Notes: generated by a model not told the origin, from the letters alone. Shown: positions 50,621 through 60,446, counted from the first letter of the stretch. The stretch is DNA of 64,000 bases from Halobacteriovoraceae bacterium (GCA_963719505.1 CAVRCF010000002.1:96001-160000); one strand, 5' to 3'. A program made the numbers and translations.

Positions 50621-51751
50621 ATGTTTGATAAATTAGAGATTCCTAATAACTTAACACCTTCAGATCCAAGATTTGGAGTTGGACCTTCTAAGATTCCAAC
50701 GGCCTTTATAAAAAGTCTTCTCGATACCGGTTCTGAATTACTGGGGAACTCTCATCGAAAGCCTGCGGTTGTAGCGCTGGTTAAAGAGATCCACGAAGGT
50801 TTTAGAGAGTACTTTAAGCTACCAGAGGATTTTGAAATTATTATTGGAAATGGTGGGGCAACTTTTTTCTTTGATATGATTGCTCTTGGACTTGTTGAGA
50901 AAGCTTCTGTGCATTTCACAACAGGAGAGTTTTCAACGAAATGGTTTAAAGCCCACGCCAAGGTTCCTTGGATACATGCAACTCAAAAAAGTTGTGAACA
51001 AGGCTCTGGGATGAATCCAACGATCATTGAAGGGCATGATATGATTTGTGCGACTCTAAATGAAACATCAACAGGAGTCCTGATAGACTCCATTCCTGAT
51101 GTCACAGAATCAAAGACTCTTTTGGCCGTTGATGCTACATCTGGAGCGGGACAAGTTCCCATCGATATTTCAAAGGTTGATTGCTATTTCTTTTCACCTC
51201 AAAAAGTTTTTGCTGGGGAGGGGGGACTCTATTTTGCCTTTCTTTCGCCTAAAGCCGTTAAAAGAGCTTTAAAAATAAATGATACCAGTCGCTATATTCC
51301 AGAGATTATGAATTGGAAGTATGCGATAAAAAATGGAAAAGATTTTCAAACATATAATACTCCTTCTATTACCAATCTTTTTTACGTCAACGAGCAGCTT
51401 AAGGTATTAAATAAGTTGGGAGAGAAAAAAGTTGTTGAGGAAGCCAGAAGAAAAGCTGATTTTATTTATAAATGGGCCGAAGGCAAAAAGTATTTGTCAC
51501 CGTATGTTAGTAATGAAAAGTTTAGATCAATCTCGGTTGCAACGATTGACATAGACGAAAAATACAATGCTTATGATCTTGCAGATAAACTTAGGCAGTT
51601 AAATATCGTCTACGATATTGAAGGTTATAGAAAGCTTGAGAGGAATCAGCTTCGTATTTCACTTTTTCATAATGTTGACTATGAGGATTTGGTAAAACTC
51701 ACAGAGATTATCTCTTTTGCGATTGAGTCTTCTCCAGGATTTGAAAAATAA
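50621..51751 (+). CDS. serC: Phosphoserine aminotransferase (actinobacterial-like form)
   Basis: PSDPRFGVGPSK, SHRK, NETSTGV, VDATSGAG, FSPQK, QTYNTP, YRKL.RNQLR. Confidence 0.88.
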   Translation: MFDKLEIPNNLTPSDPRFGVGPSKIPTAFIKSLLDTGSELLGNSHRKPAVVALVKEIHEGFREYFKLPEDFEIIIGNGGATFFFDMIALGLVEKASVHFTTGEFSTKWFKAHAKVPWIHATQKSCEQGSGMNPTIIEGHDMICATLNETSTGVLIDSIPDVTESKTLLAVDATSGAGQVPIDISKVDCYFFSPQKVFAGEGGLYFAFLSPKAVKRALKINDTSRYIPEIMNWKYAIKNGKDFQTYNTPSITNLFYVNEQLKVLNKLGEKKVVEEARRKADFIYKWAEGKKYLSPYVSNEKFRSISVATIDIDEKYNAYDLADKLRQLNIVYDIEGYRKLERNQLRISLFHNVDYEDLVKLTEIISFAIESSPGFEK

Positions 51752-51761
51752 AAGAGGAAAA

Positions 51762-52922
51762 TTAGCGCTTTTGCTTTTTCCCCGTATTTCCATCATTCTT
51801 TTGGTAACCACCTAAAAACTCTTCTTTAAACTCTAAGAAGCGGTCTTGTAAGATTGCTTCGCGTGCTCTATCGGCAAGAGACTTGTAAAAAGAGATATTG
51901 TGTTCAGTCGCCAGTATCTGTCCCAAGATTTCATTTGAATCAAATAAGTGCTTAACATAGGCACGGGTAAAGTTTCTATTCACATAATCATCGAGATTGG
52001 GCTCAATTGGAAAGAAGTCTCTTCGGTAATTTTTATGGGTGATTCTTATTTTTCCCCTGTTGGTGAAAAGAGTTCCACCGCGAGCAAACTTTGTTGGGAT
52101 AATACAGTCACTCATGTCGACCCCATTTTCCCAAATCATCATAAGATCCTCAGGCATACCAACACCCATAACATAACGAGGCTTATCTTTTGGCATTAAA
52201 GGAGCAGTGAACTTCACGGCTTTTTCCATTAACTCTGGGCCTTCGCCTACTGAAACTCCACCAATGGCGTAGCCAGGAAGATTTCTTTTAACGACTTCTT
52301 CGAGACACTCCGACCTAAACTCATCATAAGTCGAGCCTTGAATGATACCAAAAAGAGCTTGGTTTGGATTATCCCAGGCATCAATACAGCGATCGAGCCA
52401 ACGATGAGTTCTATCGATTGATTTTTTTACATATTTTTTATCAGCTGGGTAGGGGATGCATTCGTCAAAGGCCATCATAATATCCGAGCCGAGATTTTGT
52501 TGAATACCAATACTTGTCTCTGGTGTCAGTAGAATATCTTTGCCGCTTGGATCTTTGAATGAACTTCCCTCTTCTGTTATTGAGTTTCCTTGAAGAGAAA
52601 AAACTTGAAATCCACCAGAGTCGGTAAGGATTGGGCGGTCCCAGCCCATAAACTTATGGAGCCCACCAGCTTTTTTTACCAGATCAGAACCTGGAGTGAG
52701 GTGAAGGTGATAAGTATTGGATAGAATAATAGGAACATCCATATCCTTAAGTTGGCGCGGCTGAAGTGCTTTAATGGCACCGTGAGTTCCAACGGGCATA
52801 AAAACGGGAGTTGGAATTTGGCCGTGGGGTGTATGAATGATTCCTGCACGAGCCCCACAATTTTTGTCTGTGTGGACAAGTTCAAACCTAAAATTATCAT
52901 TAATTGCTTCTCTAATATCCAC
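51762..52922 (-). CDS. tgt: Queuine tRNA-ribosyltransferase
   Basis: TPVFMPVGT, NTYHL, LTDSGGFQVFSL, FGIIQG, GGVSVGE, PRYVMGVG. Confidence 0.96.
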   Translation of the reverse strand: MDIREAINDNFRFELVHTDKNCGARAGIIHTPHGQIPTPVFMPVGTHGAIKALQPRQLKDMDVPIILSNTYHLHLTPGSDLVKKAGGLHKFMGWDRPILTDSGGFQVFSLQGNSITEEGSSFKDPSGKDILLTPETSIGIQQNLGSDIMMAFDECIPYPADKKYVKKSIDRTHRWLDRCIDAWDNPNQALFGIIQGSTYDEFRSECLEEVVKRNLPGYAIGGVSVGEGPELMEKAVKFTAPLMPKDKPRYVMGVGMPEDLMMIWENGVDMSDCIIPTKFARGGTLFTNRGKIRITHKNYRRDFFPIEPNLDDYVNRNFTRAYVKHLFDSNEILGQILATEHNISFYKSLADRAREAILQDRFLEFKEEFLGGYQKNDGNTGKKQKR

Positions 52923-52986
52923 GACTTACAGCTCCCAAGGTATGCATTCAAATTGTAAGTGAATTTATGGCCTATGGAGGAGTTAT

Positions 52987-53529
52987 ATGCAAGTTTTTAA
53001 GACCTTATCAGAAAATTTTATAACACCTCAACTTCTACTCTTTCTTCTTGTGATACCTCCTCTCTCAATTGGTATGGCTCCTCCAAGGCCACTTCTTGAC
53101 TACGAATGTGTGCGAGTTATCGATGGCGACACTGTCGTTTTAAAAAGAAGAGGACATTTTTCTACGGTAAGACTCTCAAATATTGATGCCCCAGAGTCAA
53201 AGCAGAAGAGTCTTGATGGTGTTCCTATTGGAGAGGCTTCCACAAAGAATCTAATACAACTTATTGAGGGGAGAGTTGTTCAGTTGAAAATTGAAGGAAA
53301 GGATATCTATCAAAGAAAGATTGGAGAGATCTTTTATCGTGGAGAGTCTATAAATCTCTCTATGGTAAAAAGTGGGTTTGCGACCAGTTATCCTTCAAAG
53401 TCTTTATTTGTTTTTCGTCAGGCTGAGTCTTTGGCAAAAAGAAAAAGACTTGGTATTTGGAAAAGTGAGGGGTTTTTGTCTCCTAAATCCTTTAGACAAT
53501 TAAGCCGGAGAAAGAATAACCTTAAATGA
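52987..53529 (+). CDS. Thermonuclease (SNase) family protein
   Basis: VIDGDT, VRLSNIDAPE, DIYQR, AK.KRLGIW. Confidence 0.92.
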   Translation: MQVFKTLSENFITPQLLLFLLVIPPLSIGMAPPRPLLDYECVRVIDGDTVVLKRRGHFSTVRLSNIDAPESKQKSLDGVPIGEASTKNLIQLIEGRVVQLKIEGKDIYQRKIGEIFYRGESINLSMVKSGFATSYPSKSLFVFRQAESLAKRKRLGIWKSEGFLSPKSFRQLSRRKNNLK

Positions 53530-54750
53530 AGTGTTTCCTTCAAGGCAAAGATACTGAATATCTCCTCCAAACTTTCTGACAATTTCTCTCGATAAACTCA
53601 AGCCAAGTCCTGTGCCTGAAGCTGAATCCTTTGTCGTAAAAAAAGGAGTAAATAATTGGTTTTTGACATCTTTTGGAATTCCTTCACCAGAGTCAGTAAT
53701 AAAAATTTCAATTTTCCCATTATTTCTTTTGCTGGTGATTTTGATCCATGGCTCCTCCATGGAAGATACAGCATCGATAGCATTACCGATAAGATTGACG
53801 AAGACTTGAGTGAGGCGAGATTTTTCGGCTTCAACCATTAAGTCTTCAATATGTTTTGAAAAGATCTCAATCTTTTTAAAATCCTTTTTTGAAAAAGAGT
53901 TAAAGTAAATAGCTTCTTGAATGATATCGTTAACGATAACTTTTTGTGGGGTAAAGTCGAAGCTATCCGACCTAGAGTACTGGCGCAAGCTATCGGATAT
54001 CTTCTTCATCCTGTGTGTCGCATCTAAGATATTATCAACAAATTTTTCACTCTCGCCAGTTTGAGTTTGTTTTAGAACTTTAGCAGAGCCATCAATAATA
54101 GTTAGCGGGTTGTTGATCTCATGAAGAATGCCGGCGGACATTTCGCCAAGAGAGCTCAACTTTGCCGCTTGGATAAGTTTTTTGTTTTCATCGTCTAGAG
54201 TTTTTTGGAAGGGAATAATAACGCCAAAAAATTCAAAAATCATAATGAGAGAAATAAGGGCAAATAAACTGTATTCAATGTAGCTTAGCCTTATAATTTG
54301 TGAATCAAATTTATTATCAATATAGAAAACAAAATCATTCATCTCAACCAAAAAATTATCAGCCGCTTCTGTCGTTGAAGGTTTGAGTTGTTCACAAAGA
54401 GGTTCCTCACAAAGAGCTCCACTTTTAATGATGTCAATTGTGGGCTCTAGCTGTGCAAGTTTTCCAATTTCTTCTGGAAGATTTTTTTTCAAAAAGTCAT
54501 GAGAGGTTTATAAGGTTATAACGGCTTCTTCTATTTCAGCTTTTCCTTGTTCACCTTTGTAGATGAGCTTCGCTATTTTTTGAGACAGCATTCGCTGTCG
54601 ACCAGCAATATTAACAATACTTGAATTCATTTCTTGCTGATGAATATAATTTTGAATATAGACTTGAGCGATTAATGTAAAAACAAAAATTGACATGAAG
54701 ACGATAAGGTACTTTTCAGTAATAGGATTGAGCTTTTTAAGTTTTATCAT
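53500..54750 (-). pseudogene. Sensor histidine kinase with a NarX/PilJ-type periplasmic domain, interrupted by an in-frame TAA at 54508-54510
   Basis: The two tracked ORFs are in one frame; VNIAGRQRMLSQKI; HEINNPL, NLIGNAIDA, DSGEGI, PFFTTK, GTGLGL. Confidence 0.7.
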
Positions 54751-54818
54751 TGTACTATTGTAAACTATTGTTCCTTTGTGTGGAAGGTTAACTTTATTTA
54801 AGTGCGCTCTTTTAGAAT

Positions 54819-54844
54819 AAAAAAGCCCACTTTTGAAGTGGGCT
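54819..54844 (-). terminator. Rho-independent terminator after the 55690 gene
   Basis: Minus strand AGCCCACTT-CAA-AAGTGGGCT followed by a T run. Confidence 0.8.
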
Positions 54845-54886
54845 CTCTTAATTGGGGGAGATATTATTTAAGAGTGTGTACCGGTT

Positions 54887-55690
54887 TTACCAACCATTAC
54901 CACGTTTAAATTTAATTCGGATTTGTTCAATCATAACTTTTTGACCAGTCGCCGTTACTCTTAACATTAGGTCCCTGACAGTTGCGAAACTAAGTGTTCT
55001 CACTGATTGTGTAGTCTGCCCTGATACTTGAATAGAAGCAGGTCTATGTCCAGATCCTGTCAGGTGGATGATGCCTTTTCCTCTGGCGACAATTGTAACC
55101 GCTTCAATCTGTTGGTTAGGATCAATTCTTGGACCGTAAGCTGTTAATTGAGAGAGGCTTACTCTTTGAGAACCGTAAAAAGCTTGGTTAACATTAACGA
55201 GAACATTTTGGCTGTATCCGCCTTGCCCGTGTCCACCGCCTAGAGCTCCTTTGACTTTGATTCCAACCATTTTAGCTACAACATTGCCATGGACTTCAAT
55301 TTGAATCGTTCTCAAATCATATCCAATAATATTTTGTGACCAACTATTTAAATCAAACACAAGTCTTGAGTCTTGTCTTGGGATCGTTTGTGAATATCCC
55401 ACTCTCATGCCGTTTATTAATAGAGTCGCTTGTGCATTGCCGCCTCTAGAGCTGGCTTTGAGGATAACTTTTTTTACTTCTAGTCCTTGCAAGGGAACAG
55501 TTGTTGCTTGATTGACCAAAGCTTTGACTGAAAGAGTGCTATAACCTTGAAGCACTTTGTGAATATTGGCCTTTAAAATGTCTTGTTGATGGTTTTGTGC
55601 GTAAGCGTTGTTGAAAGAGAACGCTAAAACCAGTGTTAAAAAACATTGGACCATTATTAGACGTGTCTGTGTTAAATGAGCTTTGTTCAT
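54887..55690 (-). CDS. Secreted beta-strand-rich hypothetical protein with two modules
   Basis: Signal peptide ending AYA; two beta-rich halves joined by a Gly-rich linker. Confidence 0.75.
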   Translation of the reverse strand: MNKAHLTQTRLIMVQCFLTLVLAFSFNNAYAQNHQQDILKANIHKVLQGYSTLSVKALVNQATTVPLQGLEVKKVILKASSRGGNAQATLLINGMRVGYSQTIPRQDSRLVFDLNSWSQNIIGYDLRTIQIEVHGNVVAKMVGIKVKGALGGGHGQGGYSQNVLVNVNQAFYGSQRVSLSQLTAYGPRIDPNQQIEAVTIVARGKGIIHLTGSGHRPASIQVSGQTTQSVRTLSFATVRDLMLRVTATGQKVMIEQIRIKFKRGNGW

Positions 55691-55744
55691 TTTTTCCCCT
55701 TTGTTGAGAACTTTCGTGTTCTTAATTGGCTTACATTGAAAAGG

Positions 55745-55761
55745 AGCAAGGAATGTGCCAA
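55745..55761 (-). promoter_or_regulatory. Putative sigma54 promoter
   Basis: TTGGCACATTCCTTGCT, consensus -24/-12, 55 nt upstream of 55690. Confidence 0.8.
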
Positions 55762-55939
55762 GTATTTGTGCCAGTTATAGACACCGTGCAAATTTCAATT
55801 ACGGAGGTTTTAGTATAACTTAAATACCCAGAAACAGGTCTTATCGGGTATTTTTTTGACGCCAAGTGTAAGGAATCATTGATGTTTTTGATTAAAGAGC
55901 AAAATGGCCCTGGTGCCAGAAGGCATCTGACATAAAAGC

Positions 55940-55967
55940 TCAAGTAAAATCACAGTGACACCGATAG
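55940..55967 (+). promoter_or_regulatory. Putative sigma28 promoter of gltA
   Basis: TCAAG-N15-ACCGATAG. Confidence 0.55.
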
Positions 55968-56018
55968 ATGGGTATAAAGAACAAACAATAATAAAGCGAC
56001 AATAAAAGGGGAATTCTT

Positions 56019-57281
56019 ATGTCCAAAACAGCAAAGTTAGATTTAGGCGACCAGTCTATTGAACTTCCAATCATTGAAGGAACTGAGGGCGAAAAGGCTG
56101 TTGATATTTCAAAGTTGAGATCGACAACAGGTTTTATCACATACGATCTTGGACTTGGAAACACGGGAGCATGTCTATCAGATATTACTTTTATTTCTGG
56201 TGAAAAAGGAATCTTAAAGCACAGAGGGTATACCTGCGAGGACTTAGCTAAAAATTCGTCTTTTATTGAAACATCGTTTTTGGTGATCAACGGTTCATTG
56301 CCTTCAAAAGATCAACTGGCCGCTTTTTCAGCGAAGATAAAAGAAGGAAGTAAAATTCCTGAGGGCATTAAAAATATTATCAAATCATTCCCAAAAGATG
56401 CACATCCAATGGGGATCACATCAGCAGCCATGGTTGGACTTTCTGGGTTTTACCCGGATCTTCTGGATCAAGACCTCTCTGATGATAAAAAAGCTCAAAT
56501 TATCCCTCTACTTATGGGACAGCTTAAAACAATTTCTGCTGCCGTTTACAGACACGGTCAGGGAAAAGAGTTTGTCGAATCGAATCCAAACTTTGACTAT
56601 ATTACAGACTTTCTCTATATGATGACGGGATCTGAGCCAAATGCTGATGTGGCCAAGGCATTAGATGTTCTTTTAATCCTTCACGCTGATCATGAGCAGA
56701 ACTGTTCTGCTTCAACGGTTAGAGTTGTTGGATCATCTAAAGCAAATCTTTTTGCCTCTCTGTCTGCAGGAATCAACGCGCTTTGGGGACCTCTTCACGG
56801 AGGGGCCAATCAAGCTGTTCTAGAAATGCTTGAAGCTATTCAAAATGATGGTGGAGGATATGAGAAGTTTATTGCAAAAGCAAAAGACAAAGAGGATCCA
56901 TTTAGACTTATGGGATTTGGACACAGAGTTTATAAAAACTTTGATCCAAGAGCAAAGGTGATCAAAAATTACTGTGATGTTGTTTTAGATAAGTTAAATG
57001 TAGAAGATCCACTTTTAGATATTGCAAAGGGCTTAGAGAAAACGGCGCTCGAAGACGAATACTTTTCAGCGAGAAAGCTTTTTCCAAATGTAGATTTCTA
57101 TTCGGGAATTATTTATAAAGCTCTGGGAATTCCAACAAATATGTTTACTGTTATGTTTGCTCTTGGCCGTCAGCCAGGGTGGATTGCACAGTGGAAAGAA
57201 CTTGTGGAGGATCCAAATATGAGAATTACGAGACCTCGACAAATTTACCAAGGTAAAACAGACGAGAAATATAATAAATAA
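56019..57281 (+). CDS. gltA: Citrate synthase
   Basis: ILHADHEQNCS, LWGPLHGGAN, RLMGFGHRVYKNFDPRA, PNVDFYSG. Confidence 0.97.
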   Translation: MSKTAKLDLGDQSIELPIIEGTEGEKAVDISKLRSTTGFITYDLGLGNTGACLSDITFISGEKGILKHRGYTCEDLAKNSSFIETSFLVINGSLPSKDQLAAFSAKIKEGSKIPEGIKNIIKSFPKDAHPMGITSAAMVGLSGFYPDLLDQDLSDDKKAQIIPLLMGQLKTISAAVYRHGQGKEFVESNPNFDYITDFLYMMTGSEPNADVAKALDVLLILHADHEQNCSASTVRVVGSSKANLFASLSAGINALWGPLHGGANQAVLEMLEAIQNDGGGYEKFIAKAKDKEDPFRLMGFGHRVYKNFDPRAKVIKNYCDVVLDKLNVEDPLLDIAKGLEKTALEDEYFSARKLFPNVDFYSGIIYKALGIPTNMFTVMFALGRQPGWIAQWKELVEDPNMRITRPRQIYQGKTDEKYNK

Positions 57282-57284
57282 ACC

Positions 57285-57308
57285 AAAGCCCTCGGAAGAG
57301 GGCTTTTT
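57285..57308 (+). terminator. Rho-independent terminator after gltA
   Basis: AAAGCCCTC-GGAA-GAGGGCTTTTT. Confidence 0.85.
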
Positions 57309-57311
57309 ATT

Positions 57312-58334
57312 ATGAACTTAACTGATATAAAACCATTTCTTATTCACCGATTTAAATCCGAAGGTGATTTAATCAAGGCCATTAATAAAGTTAGTGATAA
57401 CTTTACGTCTTCTCGAGATGATCTCAAAGACTATCTTGAAGATGAAAGGTTGGTTGCAGCTTACGCAGCATTTTACTTAACGACAAACTTTCCTAAATTC
57501 TCCCATTGTATGGATTATCTCAGTGACTATAAGAGCTTGCTTCAAGAAAGTGAACTTATAGACATCGGAGTTGGGCCAGGCACTTTTTTATTCGCTATCG
57601 GGGAGTACTTTAACTGGGAGATCTCGACTCTTTATGGAATAGAGACCTCTCATCTGATGAAAAAACAAGCAGCAAAAATCAAAGAAGGACTATTTGCTGA
57701 CAAAGATATTGAGATTGTCTCCAACTCAAATCTCATTCCTAAAAAGTCGAAGAAAAGAATTTTAATATTTACTCACTCGGTTAATGAGATGGGAGTAGAG
57801 CTTGCCTTAAAGTATATAAGAGATCTTGAGCCCGATGGAGTGATGTTTATAGAGCCTGGGACAAAGAGCTTTTTTAAAGAGTATTTACAGCTGAGGGATA
57901 AGCTCATTGGTGATGGCTTTGATTGTCACTATCCTTGTCCGACAAATAATACCTGTCCTATGAAGGATAAGGATGACTGGTGCCATCAATATATTCGAGT
58001 GAGCCATGACCCCGAAGTTAGCCGATTGGCCCAGCTTGTTAGCATTAATAGAGTTTGGCAGCCTATGACTCTTGGTCTTTATTTAAAAGAAGAAGTAAAA
58101 CAGAAGATTGAGGCGAGGATTATAAGAACATATCCAGAGACAAAATTTAGCCTGGGTTGGGACTTATGTTATAATACAAATGAATTAACCTTTGTCGAGG
58201 TTATCAAAAAAGACTATGATAAAAGGCAAGTAAAAGTTCTCTCGTCGTACCTCGCTGGAAAAAAAGTTGCCTTCTCAATAAAAAAAGAACTCACTGATAG
58301 ACTTAGAATTAAAGTAGAGGGTGATATTGGCTAA
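57312..58334 (+). CDS. Rsm22/METTL17-like SAM-dependent methyltransferase
   Basis: AYAAFY, IDIGVGPGT, IEPGT, PCPT...CPM....WCH. Confidence 0.8.
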   Translation: MNLTDIKPFLIHRFKSEGDLIKAINKVSDNFTSSRDDLKDYLEDERLVAAYAAFYLTTNFPKFSHCMDYLSDYKSLLQESELIDIGVGPGTFLFAIGEYFNWEISTLYGIETSHLMKKQAAKIKEGLFADKDIEIVSNSNLIPKKSKKRILIFTHSVNEMGVELALKYIRDLEPDGVMFIEPGTKSFFKEYLQLRDKLIGDGFDCHYPCPTNNTCPMKDKDDWCHQYIRVSHDPEVSRLAQLVSINRVWQPMTLGLYLKEEVKQKIEARIIRTYPETKFSLGWDLCYNTNELTFVEVIKKDYDKRQVKVLSSYLAGKKVAFSIKKELTDRLRIKVEGDIG

Positions 58335-58692
58335 ATTAACAAACTATAAAATTTTACTTGTGGATGATGATCAGAACCTAAGATCAATTCTCAAAGAAAA
58401 TTTAATAAAACACGGAGGCTTAGTTGCTGAGGTGGATAGTGGTGAGAAAGCGTTTGCCCAAATAAAAAAACATCACTTTGATGTCGTCATATCAGATCTT
58501 CGATCCACTAATAAATCTGGAGAAGAATTAATGAAACTTATCAGAAGCTATGGAGGAAAAGCTCCTCGTACTATTTTGGTGAGCTCTTTCAGTGATATCT
58601 CAAGCAAAAAGGACAAAGAAGCCGGTAAAGAAGGGCTATATTTAGTTCCTCAAAAAATTGATGATCTTATTGAATTAATTATTAACCCTTAA
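58321..58692 (+). CDS. Single-domain response regulator
   Basis: ILLVDDD, FDVVISD, SGEEL; start may be TTG 58327. Confidence 0.85.
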   Translation: MILAKLTNYKILLVDDDQNLRSILKENLIKHGGLVAEVDSGEKAFAQIKKHHFDVVISDLRSTNKSGEELMKLIRSYGGKAPRTILVSSFSDISSKKDKEAGKEGLYLVPQKIDDLIELIINP

Positions 58693-60377
58693 TCAATTCC
58701 AAAATCATTTTCGCCAAATTGAGTTTTGTCTTTAGCATTACTTCTTGGATTTTTTAGTGATAGTGGTTTCGTAATAACTTTCTTCGCTTGCTCAATTCCG
58801 TAATTTAAATATTCAGGTTCATCAGAATGCACCTTTTTTGATTCTTCTTTAAACATGTGAATCGTTTGAGTTGGGAAAGCAAAACTTATATCCATCTCAT
58901 TAGCGAGTTGAAGAATATCTATCATGAGTCTATGTTTTTCGGCTTGCTCTCTTGCGTACTCAGGGGTTTCCCAAAAAACCTGGAGCTGAATTTCTAAAGC
59001 ACTAGCACCAAAATTGACAAAGTAGATATTGAAATTGTCTTTACGAGTCCACTTATGGCTCAAAATAATTTGGCGGATTCCCTCGCAAAACGCTTCAACT
59101 TTTTTTGGAGGAGTATCGTATTCAATGCCAAGTGTGGTGTTAAGTCTACGATAACGTCTTTTACCATTATTATCGATTGCTCTATTGGCCAAAATTCCAT
59201 TTGAGACGCTGATGAGAGAATCGTAGAATGTTCTCACCTTCGTTGAACGGAAACCAACTTCAACAACCGTTCCTTCAATATCACCGGCGACAATAGAGTC
59301 ACCAATATCAAAGGGGCGATCTAAGACGAGCATAATAGAGCCAAAGAAGTTGGCCAAAGTATCTTTAGCAGCAAAGGCGAATGCTAAGCCACCAATTCCA
59401 AGCCCAGCTATAACTCCTGTTATATCAATGGTGAAACTGTAGGCCACATACATAGCTCCCAAAATATAGAGAAAAACAAAAGTTGTTTTAGTCAGTAAAG
59501 GAATAAGAATATCGTCAAACTTTGAATCTGTACGAGCGCTTCTTTGTTGGAAGTAGTAAGAAAGCATATGGATGATTCTGTGACCAAGCCAAACGGTAAA
59601 AAAGGATGTGATAATAAGAAGCGATCGATTGAGAAAACTTAGAAGACTTACAGGTAAATCCAAATATGTTATTCCTGGAATTAATAAAAGGATAAAGGCC
59701 AATCGCCGAAAGGGGACAAGAGCTTTTTGTAAAAGATCGCTTGAGTTCACTTTAAAGACGTTAATGTATTTATTGACGATCATCTCTGCAATAAAGCCGA
59801 TGATTCTCTCAAGAATAAAGGCGATAAATAAAAGGGCAAGAAAACCAAGCCACTGCCAATGCTCAAGAAGAAATCCCTTTTTCTGCAAGCGCTCAGGAAC
59901 CTTTGAGCGAATATAATTTTCAAAATGGCTCTCAACAACATCTCCAGCAACAGGTGCATCTTTATATTTTTGAGTATAGTACTTTAATGACTTGAGAGTC
60001 GCTTTAGTGAAAAGCCATTTATCATTGACCAGCCCAATTGAAATCTCGGCCGTATTTCCAAGATCATCTCTGGTTTTATCAAAGTACCATATTGATCCAT
60101 CAACTTTTTGAGGAATTTTGCTGTAGTCAATTTTCTCCATTCTATCGAGAACAAAAACTAAGCTATTTGAATACTTCTTTCCAATACTAAATTTTATATT
60201 GTCGTTATATTCAGACAGATCCAAAGTTGCAATGGCCTGATTATAATAGAGCTCATGATTTAAATTTTGTTTTTTTATTTGAACCATGGGTTTTAGAAAA
60301 GATTCCATGGTGTCTCTTGGGTCTGAAGTTCCAGCAAAGAGCGATATAGAGAATATTAAAACGAGAAGTATGCGCAT
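58689..60377 (-). CDS. MscS-family mechanosensitive channel with a periplasmic N-terminal extension
   Basis: GLGIGGLAFAFAAKDTLANFFGS, DRPFDIGD, GTVVEVGFRST, FAFPT. Confidence 0.93.
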   Translation of the reverse strand: MRILLVLIFSISLFAGTSDPRDTMESFLKPMVQIKKQNLNHELYYNQAIATLDLSEYNDNIKFSIGKKYSNSLVFVLDRMEKIDYSKIPQKVDGSIWYFDKTRDDLGNTAEISIGLVNDKWLFTKATLKSLKYYTQKYKDAPVAGDVVESHFENYIRSKVPERLQKKGFLLEHWQWLGFLALLFIAFILERIIGFIAEMIVNKYINVFKVNSSDLLQKALVPFRRLAFILLLIPGITYLDLPVSLLSFLNRSLLIITSFFTVWLGHRIIHMLSYYFQQRSARTDSKFDDILIPLLTKTTFVFLYILGAMYVAYSFTIDITGVIAGLGIGGLAFAFAAKDTLANFFGSIMLVLDRPFDIGDSIVAGDIEGTVVEVGFRSTKVRTFYDSLISVSNGILANRAIDNNGKRRYRRLNTTLGIEYDTPPKKVEAFCEGIRQIILSHKWTRKDNFNIYFVNFGASALEIQLQVFWETPEYAREQAEKHRLMIDILQLANEMDISFAFPTQTIHMFKEESKKVHSDEPEYLNYGIEQAKKVITKPLSLKNPRSNAKDKTQFGENDFGID

Positions 60378-60380
60378 AAA

Positions 60381-60417
60381 AAATCCTTAGAATAGTGATA
60401 ATTTATTCTAAGGATTT
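60381..60417 (-). terminator. 14-bp hairpin after the pilin-like gene, overlapping the MscS gene RBS
   Basis: AAATCCTTAGAATA-N9-TATTCTAAGGATTT. Confidence 0.55.
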
Positions 60418-60446
60418 GATTTGATTTTGTCAGTTATTGATTTGTT

